DNA of 63,098 nucleotides, filler included, from Asterionella formosa (taxonomy: Eukaryota): assembly GCA_002256025.1 (NCBI GenBank). It is 21 parts of 21 records of this genome, joined end to end, with 100 filler letters (N's around TTAATTAATTAA, not from the genome) between each part and the next. Parts side by side here need not be neighbours in the genome. Positions count along the whole stretch, not along the records: positions 11,635 to 30,866 come from NKIB01003773.1; positions 30,967 to 32,158 come from NKIB01003774.1; positions 32,259 to 33,450 come from NKIB01003775.1; positions 33,551 to 34,742 come from NKIB01003776.1; positions 34,843 to 54,074 come from NKIB01003777.1; 16 more parts are not named here. The stretch is one strand, 5' to 3'. Positions 23,745-37,428 of this stretch are shown here, one piece after another; within the stretch, counting starts at the first letter, position 1; every line of letters starts with the position of its first letter. A model generated the notes under the pieces. The model had not been told where the DNA came from. It made no database searches and saw only the letters and a program-made list of their open reading frames with translations. Position numbers and translations under genes: made by a program.

Positions 23745-24368
23745 TCACCAACTTGACCCAGAGTCTGTCATAAGCATCAAAAGCAGAATTATCCAGATGC
23801 CATTCTCTAAAGATAAATATAACTTTACCTCGCTAACTTGGTAAGCCTCACACTTGCTGACCAAGCACAAAAGGCGTGCATGCCGTTGACGACGAAGTCG
23901 GTATTGTTTGGGTGTTGTGACCTTGGGAGTGATTCGTTCCGGTACAAGTGGCGTACGATGATCTACCGCTGGCTTGGACTTAAGAAAAACATTGACACGT
24001 CTAAGAGATTTCTGACGGTCTTCAGCAGAATAGAGCGCGAGGGCTTTAGGTTGATCCGAGACAACAAGAGGGAGCTTGTAGTGAATCGGCCGAGTAGGAC
24101 AACTTTCACGTTCCACGACAATTGGCTGTATTTCTTCTTGAAGACACTTGTAGATCTTTCCAGCAAGCTTGGCGACGACGCCAGTTTTAACAAGTGTTCG
24201 ATGCGAGTATATTTGATCCTCCTCTTTCAGTGTCGCTTGCTTCACCAGGCCTTGACCACCAGTTGGGGTGACACAGTAGGAGGGGGCACGAAATTTGTTC
24301 ATACAAAGGGAACCTGGTGGGACTTTTTTATTTTGAATTTTCAAGTTCTGATTACTTGAGCGCTTCAA
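23745..24368 (-). CDS. Hypothetical basic protein (start and 3' splicing uncertain)
   Basis: 207-codon ORF in a gene-like GC context; possible GTAAAG donor near 23828; no family recognised. Confidence 0.4.
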   Translation of the reverse strand: MKRSSNQNLKIQNKKVPPGSLCMNKFRAPSYCVTPTGGQGLVKQATLKEEDQIYSHRTLVKTGVVAKLAGKIYKCLQEEIQPIVVERESCPTRPIHYKLPLVVSDQPKALALYSAEDRQKSLRRVNVFLKSKPAVDHRTPLVPERITPKVTTPKQYRLRRQRHARLLCLVSKCEAYQVSEVKLYLSLENGIWIILLLMLMTDSGSSW

Positions 24369-24644
24369 CCTCTGCGTTTATCAGTTGTGGTCATGGATTG
24401 TGACATGATCTAATTTGCCGTTATTTGTATCGTTGCTTAAGCCTTCGAATCTCATGATAAAATTGCGTGCCGACCTCCTCAGCGTGATAAGCACGAAGAT
24501 ATATCGCAACGGAAATATGGCTCTTCTATGCCCTCGACCAGCGTCGATCGATGTTGGTGGTCCTGATTTTAATGTGGACCGGAATGTCATCGATTAATTA
24601 GTTTCAAATTCAGCTCCAGGTATCCGATTGCTGCTGCCTATATA

Positions 24645-25443
24645 CCGTAAAACCTGGTGTCTCGTACCCCTCAATGTACACAGCCACGACTGATTTTACT
24701 TAGAGGGGAGTACAAGACATCGGACCTTTTTTGATAATCCAACGCTGCGAGCAAACCAACTTCACCACCGTTTTCTCCGTAGTCTAAAACGTAAATAGCA
24801 ATATTAAAAGATATTTAGTTGTAGGTTCAAACAGTTTCTATGATCAATACAATTCTGTTTTTGGTGCACCGGTGCGCCCGAGTTTTGTGATGGCATCAAT
24901 AGTAATTCCAAGTGTGTGTACCCATTTGTACCTAATCCTACAACGGTATTAACTTGTGTAGACTCTACGACTTGGATCGTGATGGAAATTAATATAAGCC
25001 AACCAATTCACTTATATGATTATTCGACCAGAATCATGACATGCACGAAATATTTCTGCATCATGAGGCAGCAGACGAAATGATTCTGTGAACACTTCCG
25101 GCAAGCCGACAACATCAAGGCCAGAACTGCCTGAGCCTTTAGCATTCAGCTTGATAATCGCTCCACAACAAGCGTGCAAGTTGCAGCTTCGACTTTTGAA
25201 ATAGATCTCAGGACAAGGATATCGCCATCGCAAATGTCATTTGCATCGCTCGTGTTGTTGTTGATTGTTGTTTCATGGTGACCGGTAAGAATACAATTAT
25301 AGTGAATTCATTAATAAATAGCTAGAATACAATAATATGCTGTTATTTTTTCTGTAGACATAAAATATTTGGGGGTGTTGTGCCAGATGTACGAAGGGGG
25401 GGTACAGGTATCTGGGGGGATACGAGAAACCAGGTTTTACGGG
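24645..25443. mobile_element. Non-autonomous pogo/Tc2-like MITE, copy 2 (inverted relative to copy 1)
   Basis: TA|CCGTAAAACCTGGTGTCTCGTA...TACGAGAAACCAGGTTTTACGGG|TA; interior aligns with the reverse complement of 16286-17020. Confidence 0.92.
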
Positions 25444-25532
25444 TATATAAATGTGTCCCGGTAGTATGTTTTAGAGCACCCTGGTACTGGTAGGCAAGTC
25501 TTTCATTCTGCTACCTGGTAGTCTACCAGGGG

Positions 25533-25859
25533 AGCTAAAAGGTACGTGCTCCTTCCCGTCTTCCGGGTATCTCTCACGTAGGTCTTACCTGTTGTTCTAC
25601 TAGGACTGGTATCTTTTTCTGCTAGCCTTCGTGCTAGTTTTCGCTAGTGACCTTAGCCTGTGAATTCTCACTGTTTCTTAATTATATGATTAAACTAAAA
25701 CTAAGTTACAATCCCCTTTCGTCTATGAAAACATATCAATTTTTAGCAAGCTTCTTAATATGGGAACGCACCATTTGACTCATTGGAATGTGGTCGAGTC
25801 CACACTACTAGTAGTAGTGCTTGTGACTTGTTATAGCCATTGATGCTATATTCTTGGCA
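25533..25859 (-). mobile_element. Decayed solo LTR of the Copia family at 9213
   Basis: Reverse complement aligns end to end with 9213-9591, with internal indels; no TSD visible. Confidence 0.85.
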
Positions 25860-27494
25860 GACAAGTCCTGTGCTTCCCTACATAGTTTTGTTAGCGTAGG
25901 TGGGTCCCCAACCACCTTTCGCAAATTGTGGCTGATCTGTTCGTCGTAGCCGCAGTGTTACTAGGGGAAACTCCGACCACCTGGTGGCGGGAAGGTGGCA
26001 CACCAAGCAAGCTGCTTGTAGGGGGGCGACCCACTATTCTTTCTTGCACACCTGGCAAGACCGTGCGGGACAGTAAGGAGTGTGGAAGTTGAACCCAACA
26101 ATTGCTTCTCAAAAATTTGCGGGAATCGAACTCACACACAACCTCAGATCAAAGGCAATGTGCATAACTGCTAAGCCATTCCCTTTGCTGCCTATACATA
26201 AAAAGTGTGGTATACAACTAGTACAGCTGTACAAACCCACATATAGCTACGTAGCTACTTGTAGTTTGTATGCCTAACAAATATAGCAGACCATTTATAG
26301 CAGACTAGTTGCTTTATATATTTGTATATGACCTGGTAGTACTAACAAGCAATAGAGATTTTCCCTTCTAGTATTACTAGTACTAATGGTAGATGGTACT
26401 CAGAGTAACTATTAGGCGATGTATTCAAGTTGTGCAATCCCTGGCTGGTGTCTTTCTGGGTGCTCTTTTGTGTATGATCACCCATCACCTTGTATTTAGA
26501 TTATCTATGCACATAGGATGTGTATGTAATCATTACGTTCAACTAAAGCCACATATCATCCTGTCTTCATAGCCTTCTGTTGCAGGGAACGAATCTTTGT
26601 AATGTCTAGTTCTTCCAGCTCCTCCTCAGATCAAGACTCCTCAGGAGAGGAGGAGTCATCTGACAATGATTCTGTAGAAAACTCCTCTGAAGAAAATGAT
26701 TCCATTTCAGAAAAGGAAGTGGATGAGGACAGAAACATAGAAATCACGACTTTGTTACCTGCAGGCGCAACACCAGCATGACGAGCTGACTTTCCCCCCA
26801 TTCCCATTGGTGACCCTCCATGGAGCTGGGAACGGGAACCACCTTCCAATGCTATACAACCTTGAGAAAAGCCGAAAAGGAGATGCTACATTTCTCACAG
26901 TTACGTTTGATTTCAAGTGCGAGGCAATTAAGCAGGAGGATTGCAGAGGGTTCATTTTTGATTGCCACATCATCATTTGTTGACCTAAACATCATGTCCT
27001 CCGCAATGCAAACAATGCAATATCAGAATGCTGTTGCATTGTCTCAGTACAATCAAGCATCACAGCCCTCACAATCTCGAAAAAGGCTTCATTACTATAT
27101 GGGTATGACGGAATCAATTAGTGCTGCTACTGTCATGCAATTGATAAAGCGAAACAAGATGCATGATGAATACAAGCGCCTTCTCAGGAATCCAGAAAAC
27201 TGTTACCCAATTTTTCGCTTGGCCATTGATTAATCCATCTGACCTATTGCGTAAACGAGTAAGCTGTCGTTTGAGGGACTTCGTCAATGCTTTGGTAACA
27301 GGAACTCCTTTTGCCCTGGCATCAGCAACATAACGGGCAGTTTTCATGTTCAATTTACTGGGCAAAGTAGTAATCAACAGTGACTTGTATTATTTGTTGT
27401 TGCATCGCGAAAGCCCAGCTTTGATATGATTGTGAGTATTATGTTTGAAATTCCCAATTTGAATAATTGTCAAATTGGTTTTTGTATTAGCAAC

Positions 27495-27690
27495 TCCCTC
27501 CTTCAAACCCAGCCAACTTTGAGCAATCGTCCCAAAAATTCCACAAAATCGGCCTTTTCAACGGTCTCCAAAATATCAGAATCAGGATCACTAAGCGCCG
27601 AAACGTCATCATCGGAATAGTCGTCTTGTTCTAAAATATTTAGTAGTAAAATATCCTTTCCAAAAAATCAATTGTAAATGCCCTCTGCAT
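27495..27690 (-). mobile_element. Remnant of the Kolobok-like transposase 3' tail
   Basis: Aligns with 41020-41210 and 31140-31330 (ILETVEKADFVEF motif). Confidence 0.75.
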
Positions 27691-29142
27691 TATTTACATA
27701 CTGATTGGTTCGAGTTTTTTTTTACATACTGATTGGTTAGAGTGAATTAGATAATACCTCTGTCTTGTCTGTGAATAAAAAAGTGTTAGCTATGTAGGCA
27801 GGACTAACACTTTCACACTTTTATCGACTAGCCCAAAATTATCGCAGTATGAAGATTTTTAAATTGATCATACATAGAAAGTTGTTGATGAATAACGTTT
27901 GCTCGTCTGATCATCAACGTATATATAATTGATCACACACATATAACACCCAATATATTTTTATGTTGCACCAGGAAGTGAGCCGCTTTATTATACATTG
28001 ATTATATGTCTGTATTAATTGTTATTATCAATCGAATGAAATGATGATTCTATTATTTTTTCCGTTATGCTTTGACTAGTAATCTGTATTTTATGATTGA
28101 TACGTTTGCGCATGTTCTTTTTTCCTCCGCAGCCTTCAATCCAATGCCTTTGTATTCTTGAATGCTTTTTGATCCTAAGCATTGCAACCAAAATAACCAA
28201 AACAATATCACGTTTTGATTCATGTTTTAGTATACATAACTTTCTATGTTGCTGATTCTGGTAGAAAAGGGAATGATAGAATGTGTTAGCCAAGAACTAG
28301 TAGTTGAATATACATTCAGCATCCCCCCATAATTGTGCATGGCATCTTACATTCTCGAAATCTATGCGTCAGCACCTTTCCTGAAAGAAATATGATTGGC
28401 AAGTAAGTGTCAATGATTTGAACATCACCGACTGCACATCAATATGATCAACATTTTTATTTTGGCTTACCTTGTCCTGAGATTGATTGTTCTTTTTGTT
28501 CTGGTTGTCTGTAGCAAGTGTGATTACATGAAGTCAGAACTTGTACCAGCCATTGATTGTTTCATTCCATTTATTCATGTACATTTATAAAGCAATTCAA
28601 GTACCATCTCACTCACACATGTTTGTGTGAAACAAAAAGTTGGTCATGAATTGTTCAGCATCCACCTTTAACTGAAGCAAGAGTTTTCATCTCAAAGTGT
28701 CAAATATTAATGATCCTGAAAGTGACAAAAATTGATGTGCAAGTAAGTTCAAATGATTCAAACATATATTACTGCACATTGACAGCAACATTCCAATTTT
28801 GACTTACTTCCTCCAGACGTCATCCTCAGGCTGATTATTCTTGTCGTTCTGGTTATCTGTAGCTGACACTGGTAATTGTGCTGAGCAGTGCATCAGAACT
28901 CAATAATACGCATATATAAAGCAGTGCAACAACCATATTACTGTAGTGCCATGGCTTGAAGCTCTTGTCGAGAGGTGCATAAATCATTTCTACTATTAAA
29001 ATGATTTTTGCTGATATACTAATTGCATCAGGTACTTTCTACAATTTACATTGGTACCTAGTCATGATTCATATAATGACAATTATCTATGATATTTCCA
29101 TTCGCTTTCCTAATTCTCTGACTGGACAATGCCGTATCAATT

Positions 29143-30364
29143 TCACTGTTCATAGAAGAAAGACTGGAACTTAAACGACTCATACCCAGACTTGAGAATG
29201 GTGCTGGGAACATGCTTTGCCCGAGCTTCGTGTTGACCATATGTATCAATATAGTTCATGGCTCCCAAGCGTTCTGAACGATCAGAATTCTTGCCCATCC
29301 AAACAAAAATCTCCCATCCCGAATCAAGCAAAAAGGTATCTGCCTCGTCCAATAAGGCTTTGTCAATCTTTGGTGATGCGCTGGTCCAACCAATCTTGAT
29401 GGGCTCGCCTTCAGCGACCACTTCGGGAGCACCTCCTCCAAGGCGGTAAAGTTTTGGCGTAAACTCCGAAACCTCTTCATCGCTTGTATCATCACCTTGG
29501 CAAATGTCAGCGGCGTCACCAGCAAGAATCGCCCAAAACTCCTCAGCGGAATCGTCGTTGGCACCTTGGTCCAAAACCACAGCGGTACATTCCGTCGCCA
29601 TTCCCTCGGCAAGCGTATTGGCGCGCATACGCTCTTCTGGACTTGACTTAAGTGAATTATTATAGTAGAGTGGAAAAGCGTCAGGTAGAATACATAGAGA
29701 AAAAACACAGTATGCATAACTGAGCGAGACTTACATTTTGTCCATTCCAGACGAAGACTTTTTCCTTGTCGCACACGAGGATGAAGCTGTCTCCACTGTT
29801 CAAGGAGGAACACTCGACAGGAAGCTCGGTCAATGACATGGCCTTTTCAGTTCCTTTGACTCTGTAAAGCTGAGGCTCGTCGACAGTTTCCTCGACGTGG
29901 CGGAACCCAGACTCGACGCCGCCAGAAAGGTACAGCAAACGCCCCCCAAAGTACTCCTTAAACATGTCGCTTTCGCACCCTTGAACTTCACGGTGCTGAA
30001 CAGCGATTCCGCCTATTAAGTCATCGCACTCAACCATCTTGTATGCAGCGGTGCCGTATTCGTCTTGACTGGACTTGCTTCCGATCCAAATGTGAAGGTC
30101 GTGGAGAAGTTTGGGATCATCTTCCCCCTCTACGTAGGAGTGCAATACAATGTAGGAGTCGCCTTCGTGGAAACGACCGTACTTGGTATCAGGCCACTCG
30201 GCAACCTTGAACTGCTCAATGCGCCAAACTTTGAGGCATGCCTCCTGTCCGACATCGCCCCATTGCACTTCATTCTCAGCTGCGGCCTCGCGGATCTTCT
30301 TGTCCAAATCAGAGCCAATGCCAGCCAAATTGGATTCTTCCCAAGGAACGCGGTTTTCAGCCAT
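29143..30364 (-). CDS. Gelsolin/severin/fragmin family actin-severing protein (3 domains, 2 exons)
   Basis: VWRIEQFKV, GDSYIVL, IWIGSKSSQDEYGTAAYKMVE, QHREVQGCES, LNSGDSFIL and DTFLLDSGWEIFVWMG; phase-0 intron 29647-29734. Confidence 0.95.
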
Positions 30365-30966
30365 GATGGTTAAGGCGATAGAAGTCAGAAATGGTTTCAA
30401 TGCCGATGACGATTCACTTGTGTGATTGGTGGCTTGCTTCCGTTCTGTTTCTTGTGTCTGTCTATAACCAAAAGAAATCACCTTCCAGCCGCAATCATAC
30501 GACAGTACCTGGTACCAGGTACCTCGTACCCTGGTACCGGTACCGGTTCTGGTACAAGGTACTTACTCCTACATGGATTATACAGACGAAGATATGGCAC
30601 GAACCGGTAGGAATGTCTAAATAATTCTCAGTGCCGTAGTACCATTACTGCCAGGCAACACACGTGGCTGGTACCCTGGTACCTGGTACTGGTACCGTGG
30701 TACCAGGTACAGTAATCTGGATCTTTTCACACCAGAGTCCCGCCGCGTATCTACCGGTACTATAGACTACCGGTACCTGGTATCATACTGTAATTCCCCA
30801 GAACATGCAGATCTGAAATGAATACCGTATTCCTATGTACGATACCTGCTTCCAGGTACCAGGGTANNNNNNNNNNNNNNNNNNNNNNNNNNNNNNNNNN
30901 NNNNNNNNNNTTAATTAATTAANNNNNNNNNNNNNNNNNNNNNNNNNNNNNNNNNNNNNNNNNNNN

Positions 30967-31944
30967 GATCTGGCGAGAAACTGCAGAAAGGAACTTCGGT
31001 TTTTTAACTATGCTGAAAATAGTGGATTTTACCGGGCTAACTCGTTTATTTGGCCTAGTAAAAAAACCGAAGTTCCTTTCTGCAGTTTCTCGCCGAAAGT
31101 TAACTTCTGGGGATATATGAAGATTACCTATGTACTTAACTCTTCTTCAAACCCTGCCAACGTTGAGCTATCGTCGTCCAAAAATTCGACAATATCGGCC
31201 TTTTCAACGGTCACCCAAACGTCGGAATCAGAATCACTAATCGCCGAAACGTCATCATCGGAATGGTAGTCTTGTGCTAAAATTTGTAGTCGTAAAATCT
31301 CGTGTACAAAAAGTTCCAATGTAATTGCCCGCTGTAATAATCATATTCTTATTGGTTATCCTTACATCCGTTCAATTGGCACGGTTTGCGAGGTCGTGCA
31401 ATCCCACGCCGGCCACACTGGATACACATGAAGCATTTTCTTGGGTGTTGGCCGATCCTACCCGTATACCGGTATCCGTACGGAGTGGGAATATCGAGTA
31501 CCGGGTAGGTTTACCCGTATACCGGAATCCGTACGGAGTAGGAATACCGAGTACCGGGTAGACCTACCGGTTCCAGGTAACTGATCATCATTCGTCATAG
31601 TAAATGGTAGTGCACGCTAACCAGTACCTTAGTACCGATAGTTTGCACATTCAAATATATTTTGAATGTGCCGGGTCGTGCATGTGAAACATATTTATGA
31701 TACGAGTAGGTATACTATCGGTAGAGTAGCAATATAAAACATTCATCGATGAAGAATCTATCTTTACATATTTTATGCATTTGAAATGGAATCTATATAC
31801 GTACGCGCAAATTTCCACTCATTTGAATTTTTCACACGTAATCATTGATATTCAAATTAGCACATAAAAGTTCTTAGTTCCAGGGAATTTCGGCAACCCT
31901 AAGCAATATTTTAATTTTTGCCTAGGGGTTCAAATGCAGGAACC
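30967..31944 (-). mobile_element. Short deletion derivative of the Kolobok-like transposon (one end cut by the contig edge)
   Basis: Shares the hairpin, the transposase tail and the terminal 150 bp with 40639-43894; ends GGTTCAAATGCAGGAACC|TTAA. Confidence 0.85.
30972..31094. other. Long hairpin with perfect 34-bp arms (30972-31005 and 31061-31094)
   Basis: GGCGAGAAACTGCAGAAAGGAACTTCGGTTTTTT and its exact reverse complement; homolog at 40850-40970. Confidence 0.95.
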
Positions 31945-32819
31945 TTAAGTGGTCTACACTTAGATTGAAATCTACCGGAGCGATGGTGCAGTCGTTGTAG
32001 TAGAATTGGAGTTTTACAGTCTTGCCGAAACCTTTGTTCCCAAATAAAATGCCTACCTTTTACTCAGCAGTATTTGTATTACTTTTTTCTTTTTGTATAT
32101 GTAGGTACGTAACAGCATTTGGCAACAACCGTAATTCAAAATCAATAGAATGACACTANNNNNNNNNNNNNNNNNNNNNNNNNNNNNNNNNNNNNNNNNN
32201 NNTTAATTAATTAANNNNNNNNNNNNNNNNNNNNNNNNNNNNNNNNNNNNNNNNNNNNACAATGAACGTGATGGCTGGTTGTTGAGGATACCGGTATGTG
32301 ATATGCATCAATCCATATCACAAATCATATTATAGTGATGTACATATCAACGCATCCGTATACTTAGATCCTATCCACTGTATAATACTATCATATTAAC
32401 TGTTGACTTTAACTGTATATATTAAATGACAAACATATATATTAATTAACATACTTTATGATTGCTTGATTTATATTCTGTGATGTATCGATAACACTTG
32501 CGTACATATTTTATCGTATTTTATTGTCATTTTACTATTTTTACATGATCATATTTTGATCAAAATTATATCATATATATTTCATAAAATCATCATAATT
32601 TTAGGATCAATGTATCATAGTTATGTGATGTACTTTATTCAATATTACGTATCATACTTCGGTGATGTATGCATCAATGTAACCTTATCATGATATCACA
32701 GTATCATCTTATCAATCATGATGAGATGATTGGGAAGCAACTGTATTCTGCATCGTGCTACAGGGTATATTATTATATCACGCAATTTAGTAGCGAAGTC
32801 ACTCCGCCTGTAATGTACT

Positions 32820-33290
32820 AAAGTCGACAGTGCACATACCGGTACTCAGACGCTAATCAGGTTTGAGGCAACGGACAGTGGTTCCATCGAGCGAATGATG
32901 ATACCACGGGTACCAATTTTTCCAACGAAAGAACTTGTCTCTCTATTGATGAGGATGACACGGACACGGACACCGACTTTTTCAGGAGCAAACAACAATG
33001 AAGAGACCCACTTGTCGCTCTATTGATCATGTTAACAAAGATGCGGACAAGTTCAACAGTGAATACAAAGAACAACATCCCATTGAAAACAAGTCGACAG
33101 TGTGTGCACGCACACGCCAAGCAAGTTTGAGGCAACAGACAATTCCAACAAGCAAATGACGATACAGATATCAAATTCTTCCGACAAGCAAACAACAATG
33201 AAAAGAGCCACTTGCTTTCGCTCTCTTGCTTGATGGTTTCAAAGATGCGGACAAGTTCAATAGTTAATTCAAGTACAGTATACCAAATGC
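32820..33290. repeat. Degenerate direct duplication (period about 200-270 bp) in a dispersed repeat
   Basis: AAGTCGACAGTG, GTTTGAGGCAAC, GCAAACAACAATGAA and AAAGATGCGGACAAGTTCAA each occur twice; related sequence starts the contig at 2588. Confidence 0.7.
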
Positions 33291-33550
33291 AGAAACGAGC
33301 GAGCGATATGAAAATGAAATGCGTTCTAATCAGAATCATTCTATAACTATAGCTATGTGGACAGTAGTCTGTTACGCACATTTTCGTATCTCCTTCTATG
33401 CTGAATCGAAATAGTAGATGTAGTATCATGTGAGAATTGAAAATTTCAACNNNNNNNNNNNNNNNNNNNNNNNNNNNNNNNNNNNNNNNNNNNNTTAATT
33501 AATTAANNNNNNNNNNNNNNNNNNNNNNNNNNNNNNNNNNNNNNNNNNNN

Positions 33551-34233
33551 TTGTCAGCTACTCATCCTCTGGTTCTTTTTCTATATTGTACTTGCTAGAG
33601 TTATCGCTGTAGACTATTTGTAGCTGCTCCGAGACGGAGAAGGCCATTGTGGCACATCTCAATTTCGATTCACTACGGAGACATGCAATGCTCAACGATG
33701 CTCAACAAGTACCAACGGTGCTTTATTTCCAATCTGGCAGGCTATTGTAATCTCTACAATCAACAATGACTTAATTATGTGTCTACAACATCAACTACTA
33801 CTACGTGTGCTGAATTCTACAGTGTGAATCGTCCTCTTGCATGTGTTATTCTTTGCCAGTTCAGATCAAAGAAATATGTCGGAGCGGAAAAAATAATAAG
33901 TGAATCGGAATTGGCGACTCTTTCGTTCATTATATGGTGAAAGCAGCATAATATTGCGGCAGAGCAGCATAATTTCGCTTTTAAACTGTTGCGATGGCTA
34001 GTTGGTCAACATATATTGTCACGAACACACATAATTATTGGTGTGATCACATAATTATTCGATAAGTGAAATAAATTTTTGTTTAACCCGAATAAATTAG
34101 GGAAAAAGTAGCATAATATTTCAAAAAAGTAACATAATATTTTAGAAAAGTAACATAATATTTTAAAAAAGTAGCATAAATACGTCACTTTACACATAAA
34201 TTCGAAAAAGTGCCGTAAACGGCGTCTTAGATG
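33551..34233. mobile_element. Second copy of the satellite-A-bearing element terminus
   Basis: Near-identical to about 370-1063, with a different flank after CTTAGATG. Confidence 0.8.
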
Positions 34234-36426
34234 CAACTAGGCTTATTTACGTTAAGGTGGTCATTCCATGTAATATATGGCGTATATAGAGATATAGAAT
34301 ACTGGCAGCCTATTTTGAATTGCCCTCCATCATGAAGTCATCTTGCCTATGATACTACTATCATAGTTACAATACCATTGTATCATATAATTAGTTAAAC
34401 ATGGGCCTATTATGTGTATACTTTTGTCATGCATCTATCATAGCATGATCGTAATTCTCATCGATATCACTGTCTAAAATAGGATGAAATGGATCGAAAT
34501 TTAGAACTATATTTAGCTAGCTAAGAATGGTTCTAAGTTTCTATATACTGAGTGGCTACAGAATGTTCTACAATGCTCTCATCGCAATGATTGGTGCCGC
34601 TTTCACTTCCACCTTCCCCCCATCCAATTCTGAATGATGTTGTAGTAGACTAGTACTGGTTGCATTCTTACCTTGTTCCTCTGCTTTCCTTTTACTCCTG
34701 ACGGAACTGAGTTTGCATTCACGCATTTTCCCATTACTATTTNNNNNNNNNNNNNNNNNNNNNNNNNNNNNNNNNNNNNNNNNNNNTTAATTAATTAANN
34801 NNNNNNNNNNNNNNNNNNNNNNNNNNNNNNNNNNNNNNNNNNTGTGTAAGTACTACAATGATTCACAATGCATATGTCTCCATTGGAACTCTTATTTTTT
34901 ATTTCATTTCTAACCCAAAACAATTTTTTCTATTTCTCATTTGATGCTACTTATTACATCGCATTTCATACTTTGGTTGCTCCAAACATCATGTTCAATT
35001 CTCATTGATGTTGCATGTTACAATCATTCTCGTGTGTTTTACGCTTGTTGTACCATCTCTATGCATATTACCGTTATTCTGGTTGTCATGCTAAAATCGG
35101 CAATAATTCCCATATTGCCCTTTAATAAAAATTACTTCAGAAATTACTTAGAGACTGAAAATTACTTAGAAGTACCCGAATGGCAAGACGATAGCTGGAG
35201 CGGGAATTGCCGCCGGACACAGAGAAATACCACAGTTACCACTACCAGTAATGTGTGCCCTGTTGGAAATACATACTGCCGGTAACAGTAGGCAGCCTCC
35301 CATAAATCCATTCACTCAAGTTCGGCCTCATACACACATCCGGTTTTGGCAATACGTGTCTTCACCCATACTAATCTTCCTGTTCACCATTGAATGACGA
35401 TACTGGAGGCATACTCCAATATTCCTCTCTGATCTGATATTCCGGTATGAATACATTTGGATAGAACTCTCCTTGATGGAGAAATCAATGCAATTTGGGT
35501 TTTGATCTAGCAAGAGATCATGGAGATATTGTCATTGCAGTCAAGCACCTTCTGCCAATTTTCTATTTTAGCTATTTTGCAATGAATATCAAAGCTACTT
35601 GAACGTTTCATTCACTACTTGCTAGCGACACATGTATTATTATCTAAGCAACTAATAAAAGTGGGAAGCAGTTTTTATCATGGTCTGTTATAATGGTAAT
35701 GGGAAATTTCTCATGTTCACTTCATGAGATGAGCAATTGTTTAATTATATGCATGTATGTACAGTATATAGAACATCATGCATGTTGTGTACCTGGTACC
35801 ACCTGGTACCAGCCATGCACATTTGATGCATACCTGTATGTACCACAGCAGTTTGCACTTATAAACAAGGAGATTTCTGGAATAAGGAATCTGGACAGCC
35901 ACTCAGAATTGTGATTTAGGGAACACTGCCCCCCCCCCCCATTGCAAAGTTCGGAATTTGGTTTTCTCAAAAAATCAATCTTCAAAATTAGATTTCTATA
36001 AAATTGAAATTAATTGGCCAGTGCAAAACCATTAGAAATTTCTAAACAATGTCTAAGTAATAATACTGGAGGAGTCAAATTTGAGTGCCTGCCGGCACCG
36101 CATTCCAGTTTTATGCAAAATGACCGCAACTTGCTGGTATCTGGTACCGGTAATCCTATATGAAAATCATTGTTATAGTGCGTTCTTACTAGTCTATTTC
36201 TAGGTTTGTCATCGTTGCACTCCATGGCCCATCTAAGGTGGGGCAGTGGAATTTTGAATAGGTAGTCACTTCCTCATGCAGCCAGAAGTAGAGTTAAAAA
36301 GAATTGTGGTAGTGTTTTTCATGGATTAGTTCTCATAGACTGCACTTTTCATGTGAGCCGGAGAATTGATTGTGAGTGGTGATTGGGTAATGGATTTACT
36401 TTCTTTTGTCCCCACTCCTTGGTGCT

Positions 36427-37428
36427 GATGTGCCGCAATGGCCTTCTCCGTTTCGGAGCAGCTACAAATAGTCTACAGGGATAACTTTAGCAAGCCCAAT
36501 ATAGAAAAAGAAGGAAAGGATGAGTGGCTGAGAACAATCTAATTCGTAAATTCGTTAAGAAACAGCTGTTGCATATTTTAACCTTGTTGCATGTCGCCAT
36601 AGTGAGTCAAATTTGAGATGTGCCGCAATGGCCTTCTCCGTTTCGGAGCAGCTACAAATAGTCTACAGCGAAAACTTTAGCAAGTACAATATAGAAAAAG
36701 AAGGAAAGGATGAGTAGCTGACAATAAGGAATTGAATTCGTAAATTCGCTAAAAAACAGCTGTTGCATATTTTAACCTTGCATGGCGCCGTAGTGAGGAG
36801 TCGAAATTGAGATGTGCCGTAATGGCCGTCTCCTTCTCGGAGCGGCTACAAATAGTCTACAGCGATAAATCTAACAAGTATAATATAGAAAAAGAATCAG
36901 AGGAGGAGCAGCTGTCAACGATTGAATTCGTAAAATTGTTTAGAAACAGCTGTTACATATTTTAACATTCAATGCATGTTGCCGTAGTGAGTCGAAATTG
37001 AGATGTGCCATAATGGCCTTCTCCTTTTCGGAGCGGCTACAAAAAGTCTACAGCGATAGCTCTAGCAAGTACAATATAGAAAAAGAAGGAAAGGATGAGC
37101 AGCTGTCATCGATTGAATTCGTTTATTTGTTAATTCGTTTAGGAACAGCTGTTGCATTTTTTTAATATTCAATGCATGTCGCCGTAGTGAGTCGAAATTG
37201 AGATGTGCCGTAATGTCCTTCTCCGGTTTGGAGCAGATAGCAATAGTCTGAAGCGATAACTTTAGCAAGCACAATATAGAAAAGAAGCAAAGGATGAATA
37301 GCTGAAAACAATTTAATTCGTAAATTTGTTAAGAAACAGCTGTTGCATATTTTAACATTCCTTGTCTGTCACCATAGTGAGTCAAAATTGAGATGTGCCG
37401 CAATGACATTCTCCTTTTCCGATCGGCT
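36427..37428 (-). repeat. Tandem repeat family A array (about 5 copies, 190-200 bp)
   Basis: GATGTGCC anchor at 36427, 36617, 36811, 37002, 37202 and 37392; reverse complement of the unit at 1-194. Confidence 0.95.

Noticed and set aside
25889..26279. Possible second solo LTR (TGTTAG...CTAACA)
   Set aside because: No TSD (AGTTT versus AATAT) and no second copy in the window.
31128..31319. Small acidic ORF (also 41007-41198) as a separate conserved gene
   Set aside because: After removing the nested LTR it is the in-frame C-terminal tail of the transposase.
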